A stretch of DNA of 64,000 bases from a virus. Lineage: Duplodnaviria > Caudoviricetes. The position numbers and the translations under genes were made by a program. Where the stretch lies: positions 782 through 64,781 of IMG/VR virus record IMGVR_UViG_3300046727_000401; one strand, written 5' to 3'. The notes below the pieces were generated by a model. The model did no database searches, was not told where the DNA came from, and saw only the letters and a list, made by a program, of their open reading frames with translations. Shown piece after piece: positions 1-8,287 of this stretch (position 1 is its first letter; every line of letters begins with the position of its first letter).

Positions 1-255
1 CACGTAGTAGGTGTCCCCGGGGAGGTTCGGCTGGGGCTCGGTCGTCTTGATCGACGCGCGCAGCTCGGCGAGTGCACCCGGGCCGGCCCCGGCGGCGACC
101 TCGAATGTGATCACCATCTTGCCCTTGCGCCCGGTCTCCTGACATGCGGAGACCAGCTTGCGCAGCCGGTCGGACGCCTGCTTGTTCGTGGCACCGTGCC
201 CGAACTCCTCCAGGAACTTGCTGAAATCGAAGTCTTCATCATCCGGCTTTGCCAT
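1..255 (-). CDS. YfdP-like phage protein, partial (runs off window start)
   Basis: Manual translation MAKPDEEDFDFSKFLEEFGHGATNKQASDRLRKLVSACQETGRKGKMVITFEV...; AGAGG SD upstream; resembles the usual upstream partner of DUF2303. Confidence 0.6.
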   Translation of the reverse strand, partial: MAKPDDEDFDFSKFLEEFGHGATNKQASDRLRKLVSACQETGRKGKMVITFEVAAGAGPGALAELRASIKTTEPQPNLPGDTYYV

Positions 256-314
256 GGTCACCTCTTTGGCCGCGTACTATAGCGGTAAACTGGCCAGAAT
301 GCTACCATCCCGGC

Positions 315-1025
315 ATGACAAATCTCCAACCTCTCGCGGTGGACGTCTACGCCGGTGACGGACCCAAGGACTGGGCTTCGTTCTGCGCAGCTGGCCCGCC
401 GTGGCACGTCGCCATCTTCAAGTGCTCGCAGGGGACATACTACCGCCCCGGCCACTACGTGAGCGAACGGGCGAAGTTCCTGCGCTCGGCCGGCCCGGAC
501 CACTTCGAGGGCGCGTACCACTACCTGGACTTCGGGATCGACGGCGCGGTCCAGGCTGACTACGCGGTGACCAGCGCGGGCGGGCGCCGTCCCAACACGC
601 TGCCGATGATGGTGGACGTCGAGCGCGGCGGTCAGCGGATCCAGGATCCGAGCCGCGCGCTGGTAGAGGACCGCGTGCGCAAGTTCGCCGACCGCTACTT
701 CGTTCTCACCGGCCGGCGCCCGACGCTCTACGGCGGCGAGCTGCTGCGGAGCCTCGGGATCGCCGACCGGCTCGGCTGCGCACTCTCCGCGGTCGCGCTG
801 TACGGCGCGCACCTCAACGCGCACGGGGAGAGCACGGAATCCTTTCTGGAGCGGACCGGAACCAACCTGGAGCACCTGCTGCTCTGGCAGTACCGCGAGG
901 CGGGCGGAACATCCGCGGTACCGGATGGCTACCCGACCTCGGCGCCGGGCGCGGGCGACGTCGACATCTCGGCTGTCACGCTGCCGGGCGGGATCGCCGC
1001 GCTGCACGCGATCTGCAAGGCTTGA
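315..1025 (+). CDS. GH25 muramidase (endolysin)
   Basis: AVDVY, FKCSQG, GAYHY, MVDVE (DxE), LWQY, GDVDIS motifs; start at ATG 315 after TGC-TACCAT. Confidence 0.85.
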   Translation: MTNLQPLAVDVYAGDGPKDWASFCAAGPPWHVAIFKCSQGTYYRPGHYVSERAKFLRSAGPDHFEGAYHYLDFGIDGAVQADYAVTSAGGRRPNTLPMMVDVERGGQRIQDPSRALVEDRVRKFADRYFVLTGRRPTLYGGELLRSLGIADRLGCALSAVALYGAHLNAHGESTESFLERTGTNLEHLLLWQYREAGGTSAVPDGYPTSAPGAGDVDISAVTLPGGIAALHAICKA

Positions 1026-1056
1026 CGTCGACTCGTAGCCGTGCGATAAACTTGGC
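1022..1056 (+). promoter_or_regulatory. Leaderless promoter candidate
   Basis: TTGACG-17 nt-GATAAA-6 nt-ATG(1057); contains GTAGCCGTGCGATAAAC. Confidence 0.6.
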
Positions 1057-1326
1057 ATGCGAGAGCTGACATCGTGGCGAGAGTTGATCGTTGCTGAAAT
1101 GGCGGACCATGGGGAGTCCTTCGCTGACGTGAAGGCGTGCACGATTACCGACGGTGAGCTTGATGAACGCTTTGATGCTGGGTTCGGCGGTACCGAAGGC
1201 AAGCCGTTCGCGCTGTGGACTTCTGCTCGGGTCTACTTCCCGCTGTCCTACGACGGTGCGGAGTGGTGCGGGTCGGCGCCTCGTCATCCAAGCGATGAAA
1301 CGCTCGCACACCAGGGCGGTGGCTGA
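1057..1326 (+). CDS. Hypothetical phage protein
   Basis: FDAGFGGTEGKPFALWT...YDGAEW; own promoter. Confidence 0.75.
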   Translation: MRELTSWRELIVAEMADHGESFADVKACTITDGELDERFDAGFGGTEGKPFALWTSARVYFPLSYDGAEWCGSAPRHPSDETLAHQGGG

Positions 1327-1424
1327 TGGCTACTCGCCGAACCCGAGCATCCTGGTGGGCGTTCTACCTCGCCATGGCCGCGCTCACCGTGTGGTGGACG
1401 GCCAAGGCCGGAGGATGTCTGTGA
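1326..1424 (+). CDS. Small membrane peptide (32 aa)
   Basis: MATRRTRASWWAFYLAMAALTVWWTAKAGGCL; TGATG and GTGA overlaps with neighbours. Confidence 0.5.
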   Translation: MATRRTRASWWAFYLAMAALTVWWTAKAGGCL

Positions 1425-1589
1425 AGCGTCGGCCGGACATCATCCCTGGCATGGTCGCGATCGGTGTCGCGTTCGTTGCGACGATCGTCCTCGCGTCGGC
1501 GGTGCAGCAGTGCCGCGCGCGACGCCTGCCGCGAGGGCGGCGGGCGCGTCGAGCAGGGCTTGGCGTACGGCTGGAGGTGCGTTCCATGA
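1421..1589 (+). pseudogene. Small membrane protein, apparently frameshifted at a (CG)4 run
   Basis: TM N-terminus in one frame; RDACREGGGRVEQGLAYGWRCVP-stop in the +1 frame ends in an ATGA overlap with the next gene. Confidence 0.35.
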
Positions 1590-1834
1590 GCGACAACCGA
1601 CCCAGCATCGCGGAGCTGAAGCGATTTCTGGCGCTGCGATCGGTGCCCCAGCCACTCATGGCCGAAATCCAAGAGGCACTCCCCGCGCTCCTGGAAATCG
1701 CAGATGCCGCCAAGACGTACTGGGATGCTCAGTGCGATAGCGCGCATTGCGATCGTCCTGCCCACCGCGGGGGATGCGCGATTCTAAAGGCTGGACGCAG
1801 GATGAGCGAAGCGCTCGCCAAGGTCCGCCCATGA
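1586..1834 (+). CDS. Hypothetical protein
   Basis: GGAGG SD, MSDNRPSIAEL..., ATGA overlap with rusA. Confidence 0.65.
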   Translation: MSDNRPSIAELKRFLALRSVPQPLMAEIQEALPALLEIADAAKTYWDAQCDSAHCDRPAHRGGCAILKAGRRMSEALAKVRP

Positions 1835-2244
1835 TCCGCGGCGCGCTCGCCCCGTTCCGCACTGCGACCTTCTGGGTATCCGGCATGCCAGAGACGAAGG
1901 GCAGCTGGATCCCGATCGGCGGTGGGCGCGTTCGCGCCGACAACCCGCGCGAGCACGCGTGGGTTGAGGCAGTGGGCTGGGCCGCGAAGGCCGCCATGCT
2001 GACCGCGCGCCACCCACAGCCGGACTCGCGCCGGTACGCGGTGGTGCTGGCGTTCACGCTCGCGGCGCCGCCCGACCGCACGCGCAAGAATCGGCGCGAC
2101 GCGGACAAGTTGGCACGCTCGTGTCTCGACGCGCTCACGGGAATCGTATGGATCGACGACGAGCAGGTGGACGATCTGCGGGCCACCAAGAAGATCGCCA
2201 AGGGCGCGTCCATCGGGGTGCAGATCACCGTGACCGCCCTGTAG
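1831..2244 (+). CDS. rusA: RusA-family Holliday junction resolvase
   Basis: G-x-P-x-T-K-G-S N-terminus and DADKLARSCLDALTGIVWIDDEQV catalytic motif. Confidence 0.85.
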   Translation: MIRGALAPFRTATFWVSGMPETKGSWIPIGGGRVRADNPREHAWVEAVGWAAKAAMLTARHPQPDSRRYAVVLAFTLAAPPDRTRKNRRDADKLARSCLDALTGIVWIDDEQVDDLRATKKIAKGASIGVQITVTAL

Positions 2245-2275
2245 CGTTTGCCTGTGGACTATGGCAGGGTGGCGC

Positions 2276-2596
2276 ATGGCCGCACCGACCCTGAGCGACG
2301 TCATGGCGAAGCTCGTCAAGATCGAGCTCGAGCAGCAAGAACAGACCGGCCTACTTTCAGCCCTCTTTGCAAGGAGTCAGATCATGTCTGCAGAAATGGA
2401 CACGCTTTCCGCACAGGTCACCCAGACCCTCACGGTCGAGCAGTCGGCCCTCACCCTGATCCAGGGCATCGCCGCGCAGGTCGCCGACGCCGCCGGTGAC
2501 CGCACCAAGAGCCTGGCGCTCTCGGCGACGCTCAAGACCTCGGCGGATGCGCTCGCCGCGGCCATCGTGGCGAACACCCCGACCCCCACCCCGTAG
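2276..2596 (+). CDS. Hypothetical helical phage protein
   Basis: Ala-rich ORF ending ALAAAIVANTP, followed by a terminator. Confidence 0.7.
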   Translation: MAAPTLSDVMAKLVKIELEQQEQTGLLSALFARSQIMSAEMDTLSAQVTQTLTVEQSALTLIQGIAAQVADAAGDRTKSLALSATLKTSADALAAAIVANTPTPTP

Positions 2597-2614
2597 TCTC
2601 CCCGCAACCGCCCC

Positions 2615-2648
2615 ACGCCCCGGAACCCCACCGGGGCGTTTGTGTTTG
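2615..2648 (+). terminator. Intrinsic terminator
   Basis: ACGCCCCGG-7 nt loop-CCGGGGCGT followed by TTGTGTTT. Confidence 0.65.
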
Positions 2649-2674
2649 TGGCGTAGATGAGCTATAAACGACGG

Positions 2675-3070
2675 ATGGGCGAAGAGGAGACGAAGTCCGC
2701 GGCCCGGAAAGCCGTCCACCTCGAGGTGAGCGCAGGGCTGCGCCCGCATGCCAATTCGGTCCCGTGCTCGGCGTGTGGGCACATCTACCAAGACGGCGAG
2801 CGTAGGCACGAGTGGCACCACCATCTCGGCTACGAGCGTGATCATTGGTTCTCGGTGATAGTGCTGTGCACAACTTGCCATGGGAGGCAAGGTGCGAGGG
2901 CAAACCAGACACATTGCGTGAACGGACACGAGTTCACGGCGGACAACACACATCGTCGAAGGAACGGCACGAGGGAATGCCGTGCCTGTCGCAGGGCGCA
3001 GAAGAAACGGCAACGTCCGGCGGCATGGTGGCGAGCGCGTCGTGCAAGAAAGGTGAACAATGGGCGATAA
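2675..3070 (+). CDS. HNH-like endonuclease with C-terminal Zn-binding domain
   Basis: CSACG...EWHHHLGY...LCTTCH plus THCVNGH...CRAC; TATAAA-6 nt-ATG. Confidence 0.65.
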   Translation: MGEEETKSAARKAVHLEVSAGLRPHANSVPCSACGHIYQDGERRHEWHHHLGYERDHWFSVIVLCTTCHGRQGARANQTHCVNGHEFTADNTHRRRNGTRECRACRRAQKKRQRPAAWWRARRARKVNNGR

Positions 3071-3947
3071 GACAGCGATATCGTGGACGGATCACACGTT
3101 CAACGTTTTCTGGGGTTGCGACAAGGTCTCGCCCGGATGCGACGCTTGTTATGCCGAGGCTTTCGATCACCGCCTCGGTGGCGAGCACTGGGGGCCGATG
3201 GCTCCGCGGCGCTTCTTTGGTGACGCGTACTGGCGCAAGCCGCTGGCCTGGAACGCTGCGGCGGAGAAGGCCGGCGTGCGCGCGAGCGTGTTCTGCAGCT
3301 CGATGGCGGACTGGGCGGAGGTACACCAGGTACCCGAGGTCCGCGAGCAGCAGGACGAGGCACGTGAGCGGCTGTGGCGCCTGATCGAGGAGACGGCGTG
3401 GCTGGACTGGCTCATGCTGTCGAAGCGGCCGGAGAACTTCGCGGCGCTGCTGCCGTGGACGAGCAAGGTCTGCAGCTGGTGCAAGCCGCCAGGGTCCGGC
3501 GTGGACACCTGCGAGCAGACCGGGAAGTGCTCGTCGTGCGGTGGGTGCGGTCGGTCGGAGGCCAGCGAGCCGTACCCCAACGTCACCCTCATGGTGACCG
3601 GCGAGAACACGGAGCAGCTGCTGCGCCGCGCGGCGATCCTGCGCCGGACCCCGGCGATACGCCGCGGGATCTCGGCCGAGCCGTTGCTGGAACACATCTC
3701 GGCGGAAGCATGGGACGAGGCGCTAGACTCTCGCGTTGCCGAGGTTCGCCATGATCGTCTGATCCACTGGCTCATCGTCGGCGACGAGAGCGGGCCGAAC
3801 CGCCGGCCGGCGCAGCTCGACTGGGTGCGCACCGCGCGTGAGGCCGCGCTGCGACACGGCGTGGCCTTCCACTTCAAGCAGTGGAACGGCAGCGGGAAGA
3901 CGGTCCACCTGCCGATTCTTGACGATCGCGTGCACGATGCCAGGTAG
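3060..3947 (+). CDS. DUF5131 (phage Gp37/Gp68) radical-SAM-like protein
   Basis: TAISWTDHTFN, GCDKVSPGCDACYA, VFCSSMAD, LSKRPEN, SAEPLL, WLIVGDESG, FHFKQW. Confidence 0.9.
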   Translation: MGDKTAISWTDHTFNVFWGCDKVSPGCDACYAEAFDHRLGGEHWGPMAPRRFFGDAYWRKPLAWNAAAEKAGVRASVFCSSMADWAEVHQVPEVREQQDEARERLWRLIEETAWLDWLMLSKRPENFAALLPWTSKVCSWCKPPGSGVDTCEQTGKCSSCGGCGRSEASEPYPNVTLMVTGENTEQLLRRAAILRRTPAIRRGISAEPLLEHISAEAWDEALDSRVAEVRHDRLIHWLIVGDESGPNRRPAQLDWVRTAREAALRHGVAFHFKQWNGSGKTVHLPILDDRVHDAR

Positions 3948-3965
3948 CTGTGCTATAAACACCAC

Positions 3966-5204
3966 ATGACGACACCGATCGACGACATGTTGCAGAACCT
4001 CATAGAGAAACTCCACGCCGCGCGCTTCGCCGAGGCGTCCCCGACCATCGCCGACCTGCACCAGGTCGCGACGGCGCTGGAGGACACGCGAAGAATGACG
4101 CGTGGAACCGCGACCGGCCTGATCGAGGCACAGGCGACGCGGATCAAATTGCTCGAAGAACAAAATCAGCACCGAATCGACCTCGCGTTTCACCGCATCG
4201 AACGGGTTGACCAGCTCGTGGCCACGGACAAGACCGATTACCGCGCGATCCTCGGGGCGGTCGCGGACCTGGGCGACCGGGTCAAGAAGCTCGAATCCCC
4301 GTCCATCGGAGACGCCGTGAAGGGATTGGCCGACGACATGCGCAAGCTGGCCGCGCTCCGCGACATCCCGGTGACGCCGGACCGCATCGCCACGTCGACC
4401 GGCGATGATCTCGACGAGGTAGCCGACGCGCTCGGGCTGTCTCGCAAGGGCTGGCCCTGTCACGAGGTGGAGGCCGACGATGCGCTCCGGGTCCGCTGCG
4501 CCGCCGCGCTGTTCGGGCAGTCGATGACGCGCGAGCTGGCGCGAAGCGTAGCGACCGATGCTCGGAGAGCATGGTGGTCCAATAAGAGCGCCGAAACATT
4601 CGCGCCAGAGACTTGCCCAGAGTGGGTGGTTGACGCCGTGATGGCCGCGGCTGGCGCGCACCCGGACGGTCGCCCGCTCGATCAACAGAGCGATCTAGCC
4701 GTCGCGATGGAGCGCGACATCACCGTTGCACTGGGGCTGGCGCCAGAGTCGGTCGCTTGGCCGCGGTGCCTTGAGCTCGTGCGCCAGGCCGTCGAGGCCG
4801 TGACCGCGCTCGGATCGCTGCGACAGCGCATCACCACGCTCGAGGAGCGCAACACGAAGCAGGCGCAGACGATCGCTGAGCTGCAGGACATCAACGCGCG
4901 CGGGATCTCCACCGTCGTGGACCAGGCCGCGCAGATCACGGCGCTGCGCGCCGAGGTCAAGCGCAGCGGAACGATCGACGGCGCCGATGCTCTGCCGCTG
5001 ATCGCCGCGGCCTTGCAGTGGCGCAAGGATGCGGTGGTTCGCTGCGGCGCCTTAGAGGAACCGGAACGGGATCTTGATGTGCTGGTCACGATCGGAGATG
5101 TGGTCTGGCATCGTTACGAGCTTCCGCTCGTCAAGGCGATCGACGAGTACATGGCGTCCAAGGCCACCACTGCGGAGATCGCCGCGTTGACTGGGGCGAC
5201 GTGA
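3966..5204 (+). CDS. Hypothetical coiled-coil protein with internal baseplate-like motif
   Basis: 412-aa ORF after GTAGCTGTGCTATAAAC promoter; contains TSTGDDLDEVADALGLSR...EADDALRVR. Confidence 0.75.
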   Translation: MTTPIDDMLQNLIEKLHAARFAEASPTIADLHQVATALEDTRRMTRGTATGLIEAQATRIKLLEEQNQHRIDLAFHRIERVDQLVATDKTDYRAILGAVADLGDRVKKLESPSIGDAVKGLADDMRKLAALRDIPVTPDRIATSTGDDLDEVADALGLSRKGWPCHEVEADDALRVRCAAALFGQSMTRELARSVATDARRAWWSNKSAETFAPETCPEWVVDAVMAAAGAHPDGRPLDQQSDLAVAMERDITVALGLAPESVAWPRCLELVRQAVEAVTALGSLRQRITTLEERNTKQAQTIAELQDINARGISTVVDQAAQITALRAEVKRSGTIDGADALPLIAAALQWRKDAVVRCGALEEPERDLDVLVTIGDVVWHRYELPLVKAIDEYMASKATTAEIAALTGAT

Positions 5205-5458
5205 GCGACGAGTGCACGTGCGGCCGGCCGCGGGCCACCGATGCCGATCTGGCGCGATGGGTTGATGTCGCTGGCGATCGCCCGATCGAGGCCCACCCGG
5301 CGCCGCTGCCTGCATCAGAGCTGTGGGCGAACGCGCTTTGCTGGACCATGCCCGGACAGCGTCGTTGCGCCATGCGCCGGCGCTGGGCCAGCGACACGCA
5401 CATCGGCGTGGCGCGCTCGGTGTTCGCGTTGTACCAGCTTGGCGTGGTGGTCAGATGA
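5201..5458 (+). CDS. Hypothetical protein
   Basis: GTGA/ATGA overlaps on both sides; Cys motifs. Confidence 0.55.
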   Translation: MSDECTCGRPRATDADLARWVDVAGDRPIEAHPAPLPASELWANALCWTMPGQRRCAMRRRWASDTHIGVARSVFALYQLGVVVR

Positions 5459-6159
5459 ACTTCGCCGACGCCAAGCTCTTGCTCGAGTTCGCCACGCTCC
5501 AGGCGCGGATCGCCGAGGACCACGGCGCGCTCTCAATCGATCCCGTGGCGCTCGCCGGATCACCGCGCGTGCGGCTGACCCAGACCAAGGGTTACCGCGA
5601 CCTGCGGGCGTTCTTCGAGCGCCTGTCCCCGCGCGCCAGGGAGGGGTTCCGCCGCCAGCTGAGGATGCAGATCGACGGCGTGCGCGCCGTGCTCAAACGC
5701 TGCGCGGAGACCGGGGAGCGGCCCTCGCTCGCGGACCTCGAGATCTCGGTCACCGACGTAGAAACCGGGCTGCCGGCCGATGGGCGCTGCGCCGGGTCCG
5801 GCGCAGGCATCACCGAGCCGGTCGACGAGCGCATCGGATGTCAGCGCTGCATGGCGTCGTGGCACCAGAACGACATCGGGTTCAAGATCCCCGAACACCA
5901 GGAGCAGAAAATGAACAAAGTCGACTACGTCAAGCGCCAAGGCCAGACGCGTTCACATCACTGTCACTGGCCGGGCTGCACCGCACAGGTTCCGCCGGCG
6001 ATGTGGGGCTGCAAGGCGCACTGGTTCAAGCTGCCGAAGGCGTTGCGTGACCGCATCTGGCGCGCGTACGTGCCCGGCCAGGAAATCGACATGTCGCCGA
6101 GCGCCGAGTACCTCAAGGTCGCCGACGACGTGCAGCGCTGGATCCGCGAGCACCCGTGA
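5455..6159 (+). CDS. Hypothetical protein with C-terminal CxxxxC/CxxHW Zn domain (possible internal start 5911)
   Basis: HHCHWPGCTAQVPPAMWGCKAHW; AGGAG SD before ATG 5911. Confidence 0.65.
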   Translation: MNFADAKLLLEFATLQARIAEDHGALSIDPVALAGSPRVRLTQTKGYRDLRAFFERLSPRAREGFRRQLRMQIDGVRAVLKRCAETGERPSLADLEISVTDVETGLPADGRCAGSGAGITEPVDERIGCQRCMASWHQNDIGFKIPEHQEQKMNKVDYVKRQGQTRSHHCHWPGCTAQVPPAMWGCKAHWFKLPKALRDRIWRAYVPGQEIDMSPSAEYLKVADDVQRWIREHP

Positions 6160-6344
6160 AGCCCGAGATCCTCCGCCAGAAGGTGACCGCGCTCGCGAAG
6201 ACCTACCGCGCTGACGTCGCTGAGGTCGCCGAGCTCGTCGAGGAGCGCGCGGCGATCCGCCAGCACGAGGGCGGTCAGAAGCAAGGCAACGCCGAGCTGG
6301 CCGCGCTGGTGGACGTCGCGGAGATCTTGGCGCGGCGCACGTAG
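6156..6344 (+). CDS. Hypothetical protein
   Basis: EERAAIRQHEGG motif; GTGA overlap. Confidence 0.6.
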   Translation: MKPEILRQKVTALAKTYRADVAEVAELVEERAAIRQHEGGQKQGNAELAALVDVAEILARRT

Positions 6345-6382
6345 CTCTTGCGCTCTCTCCACCGTTGCGCTATAAACATCGG

Positions 6383-6991
6383 ATGTCCGATCCACTCCGC
6401 ATCCGAACCGACCTGCTCCGCGCTGTCGCGCAGTGGAGCCTCGCCTCACCCGGTGATCGTCTTCACCTCGCGGTCGTCGCCGTGCTCGATGGCGAGCTGG
6501 TGGCCACCGACGGCCACCGCCTGGCGCGCGTCCCGGTCGGCACGCACAAGAACGCCAAGTTCGCGCTCAAGCGTGAACACATCTTCGCCGCGGCGGCCGC
6601 GCAGCATAAGCTCCGGGATGGCGTTCTGACCGACGAGGATGGGAAGCGCGTCATCGAGATCCGCCCCGACGGCAAAACGATCATGCTCGACCTCGGTCCG
6701 TTCGGGATGGTCGTGCCGGCGGGCCGCATCGAGGACTACCCGCCCTTCGACAGGGCCATGCCGAAGGGACCCGGGAAGTCGCCGCCCGCGGGATGCGTGG
6801 TCAACCCGCGCTACCTGGCGGCGATCGCCGACATTCAGGACGTGGTCCAAGGCGACGAGCGACACGGCATTCGGCTCACGATGTGGGGCGACCCGGACAA
6901 GAACGGCAACGTGCACGAGCCGATGCTGTTCGAGGGCTATGGCGGCACGCGCTACGTGATCATGCCGATGCGCGACTCGTTCAAGGACTGA
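6383..6991 (+). CDS. DNA polymerase III beta-clamp-like protein (shorter than DnaN)
   Basis: LVATDGHRLA, YPPFDRAMP, VNPRYL, YVIMPMR; promoter TTGCGC-17-TATAAA-6-ATG. Confidence 0.75.
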   Translation: MSDPLRIRTDLLRAVAQWSLASPGDRLHLAVVAVLDGELVATDGHRLARVPVGTHKNAKFALKREHIFAAAAAQHKLRDGVLTDEDGKRVIEIRPDGKTIMLDLGPFGMVVPAGRIEDYPPFDRAMPKGPGKSPPAGCVVNPRYLAAIADIQDVVQGDERHGIRLTMWGDPDKNGNVHEPMLFEGYGGTRYVIMPMRDSFKD

Positions 6992-6992
6992 G

Positions 6993-7166
6993 CTACGCGC
7001 CGTTCTTGCCCGCGCAGTAGCTCACGGTCACCTTGCCGCAGCACGGCCTGCTACACGCCTCATCGGCCGTCGTGGTGTACGTCGTGATGCCGCCGTTGAC
7101 CTGGGCCGGCTCGACGCGCCGGAGCTCCTCGCGGTGCAGCGGGAGCTTGCCGGTCTTGCGCTTCAC
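6993..7166 (-). CDS. Lanthipeptide/RiPP precursor-like peptide 1 (57 aa)
   Basis: Manual translation MKRKTGKLPLHREELRRVEPAQVNGG/ITTYTTTADEACSRPCCGKVTVSYCAGKNGA; GTGA overlap with upstream holin-like gene; below ORF-track cutoff. Confidence 0.65.
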   Translation of the reverse strand: MKRKTGKLPLHREELRRVEPAQVNGGITTYTTTADEACSRPCCGKVTVSYCAGKNGA

Positions 7167-7816
7167 AGGTCACCCGTGGATGTATGCCAGGTCGCGCCGC
7201 CGACCTTGCCGCGGAAGTCCTCGAGTTCGGCGCGGCCCGGTGGCGGCGCAGGGTTCGCGGCCAGCCCAGACGCCGCCGGCGAAATCGCCTTGGCCGCCGC
7301 GGCGACCATCTGGACGAGCGCGCACCCGCCGAGCGTCACGCCCTGCCCGATCGCGTCCGCCTCGACGCACCTCCAGTCGAGGCCGACCGGCGTCATGCAT
7401 CTCAGCCGCTCTGCAGCGGTCAGGTTGACGACCGCGGCGAGGGTCGCGAGGTCGAGCCCGGGCGTTGTTCCGATCGCCGTGGCGGTGCAGTTGATCGCGG
7501 CGTGACCTGCGCTGGTCGCGACGGCGCTACGCTCGGCGGCCGTGCAGGCAGTCTGCGCGGTCCCGAGCGCGCCCACGAGCAGCAGCACGGCGGCGGTCTT
7601 CACCCAGCTGCGGTTGACCTGGTAGCCGAACGAACCCAACCACGCCGCGGCGATACCGGCGATGTTCAGCGCCGTGCTGTTCGTGAGTAGGCCGCTCGCG
7701 AAGACGAGCGTGAGCGCCATCGCGGCGAGGTGCCCCCACCACTCGGTCGTCTTGTAGCCCGGCTTGGGCGGGGTAGGCGTGACTTGAACCTGTACGGGTA
7801 CGCTGATGTCTGCCAT
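7163..7816 (-). CDS. Holin-like membrane protein with Cys-containing C-terminal domain
   Basis: KPGYKTTEWW then hydrophobic segments and lipobox-like AQTAC; AAGGAG SD. Confidence 0.55.
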   Translation of the reverse strand: MADISVPVQVQVTPTPPKPGYKTTEWWGHLAAMALTLVFASGLLTNSTALNIAGIAAAWLGSFGYQVNRSWVKTAAVLLLVGALGTAQTACTAAERSAVATSAGHAAINCTATAIGTTPGLDLATLAAVVNLTAAERLRCMTPVGLDWRCVEADAIGQGVTLGGCALVQMVAAAAKAISPAASGLAANPAPPPGRAELEDFRGKVGGATWHTSTGDL

Positions 7817-7869
7817 GTGGTCTCCTTCGGACCACGGTACCAGTTTACCGCGCGAGAGTCACGGAGACT

Positions 7870-8256
7870 TCAGGACGTCCCGCGCGAGCATGGCGAGCTG
7901 GCGCCCTCGGCATGGCCCTCGGGTAATACGCAGGTAGCACCAAGGACAGGCCGCCCGCAGGGGGCGCCGAACTCCAAGCACCGGCAACCTTCGTGCAAGC
8001 ACTCCGCGCCCGGAACCTTATGCTCCACGAGCTCATGGCCGCAGCCGCATCGCACCCATTCGACGATGTCAGCTCCGAGTTCGACGCAGGATGGACCAAC
8101 CGATATCGCCATCACCGGCGACGATACGCAGCAGCCGCACCGGCCGCAGTCATCGTGCTCCACCGCCATATCGGCGATCGCCGGCCGTTCGGCGATGAGC
8201 TGCTGTAGTCGTTCGATCAACGTGCGGACCGTCAATTGTTCGAGATCAGTCTTCAT
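7870..8256 (-). CDS. Hypothetical Cys-rich protein
   Basis: CGCGH...H...CLHEGCRC; TTGACA promoter upstream. Confidence 0.6.
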   Translation of the reverse strand: MKTDLEQLTVRTLIERLQQLIAERPAIADMAVEHDDCGRCGCCVSSPVMAISVGPSCVELGADIVEWVRCGCGHELVEHKVPGAECLHEGCRCLEFGAPCGRPVLGATCVLPEGHAEGASSPCSRGTS

Positions 8257-8287
8257 CCCTCGATGTTTACCGCAGTCCTACGTGATG

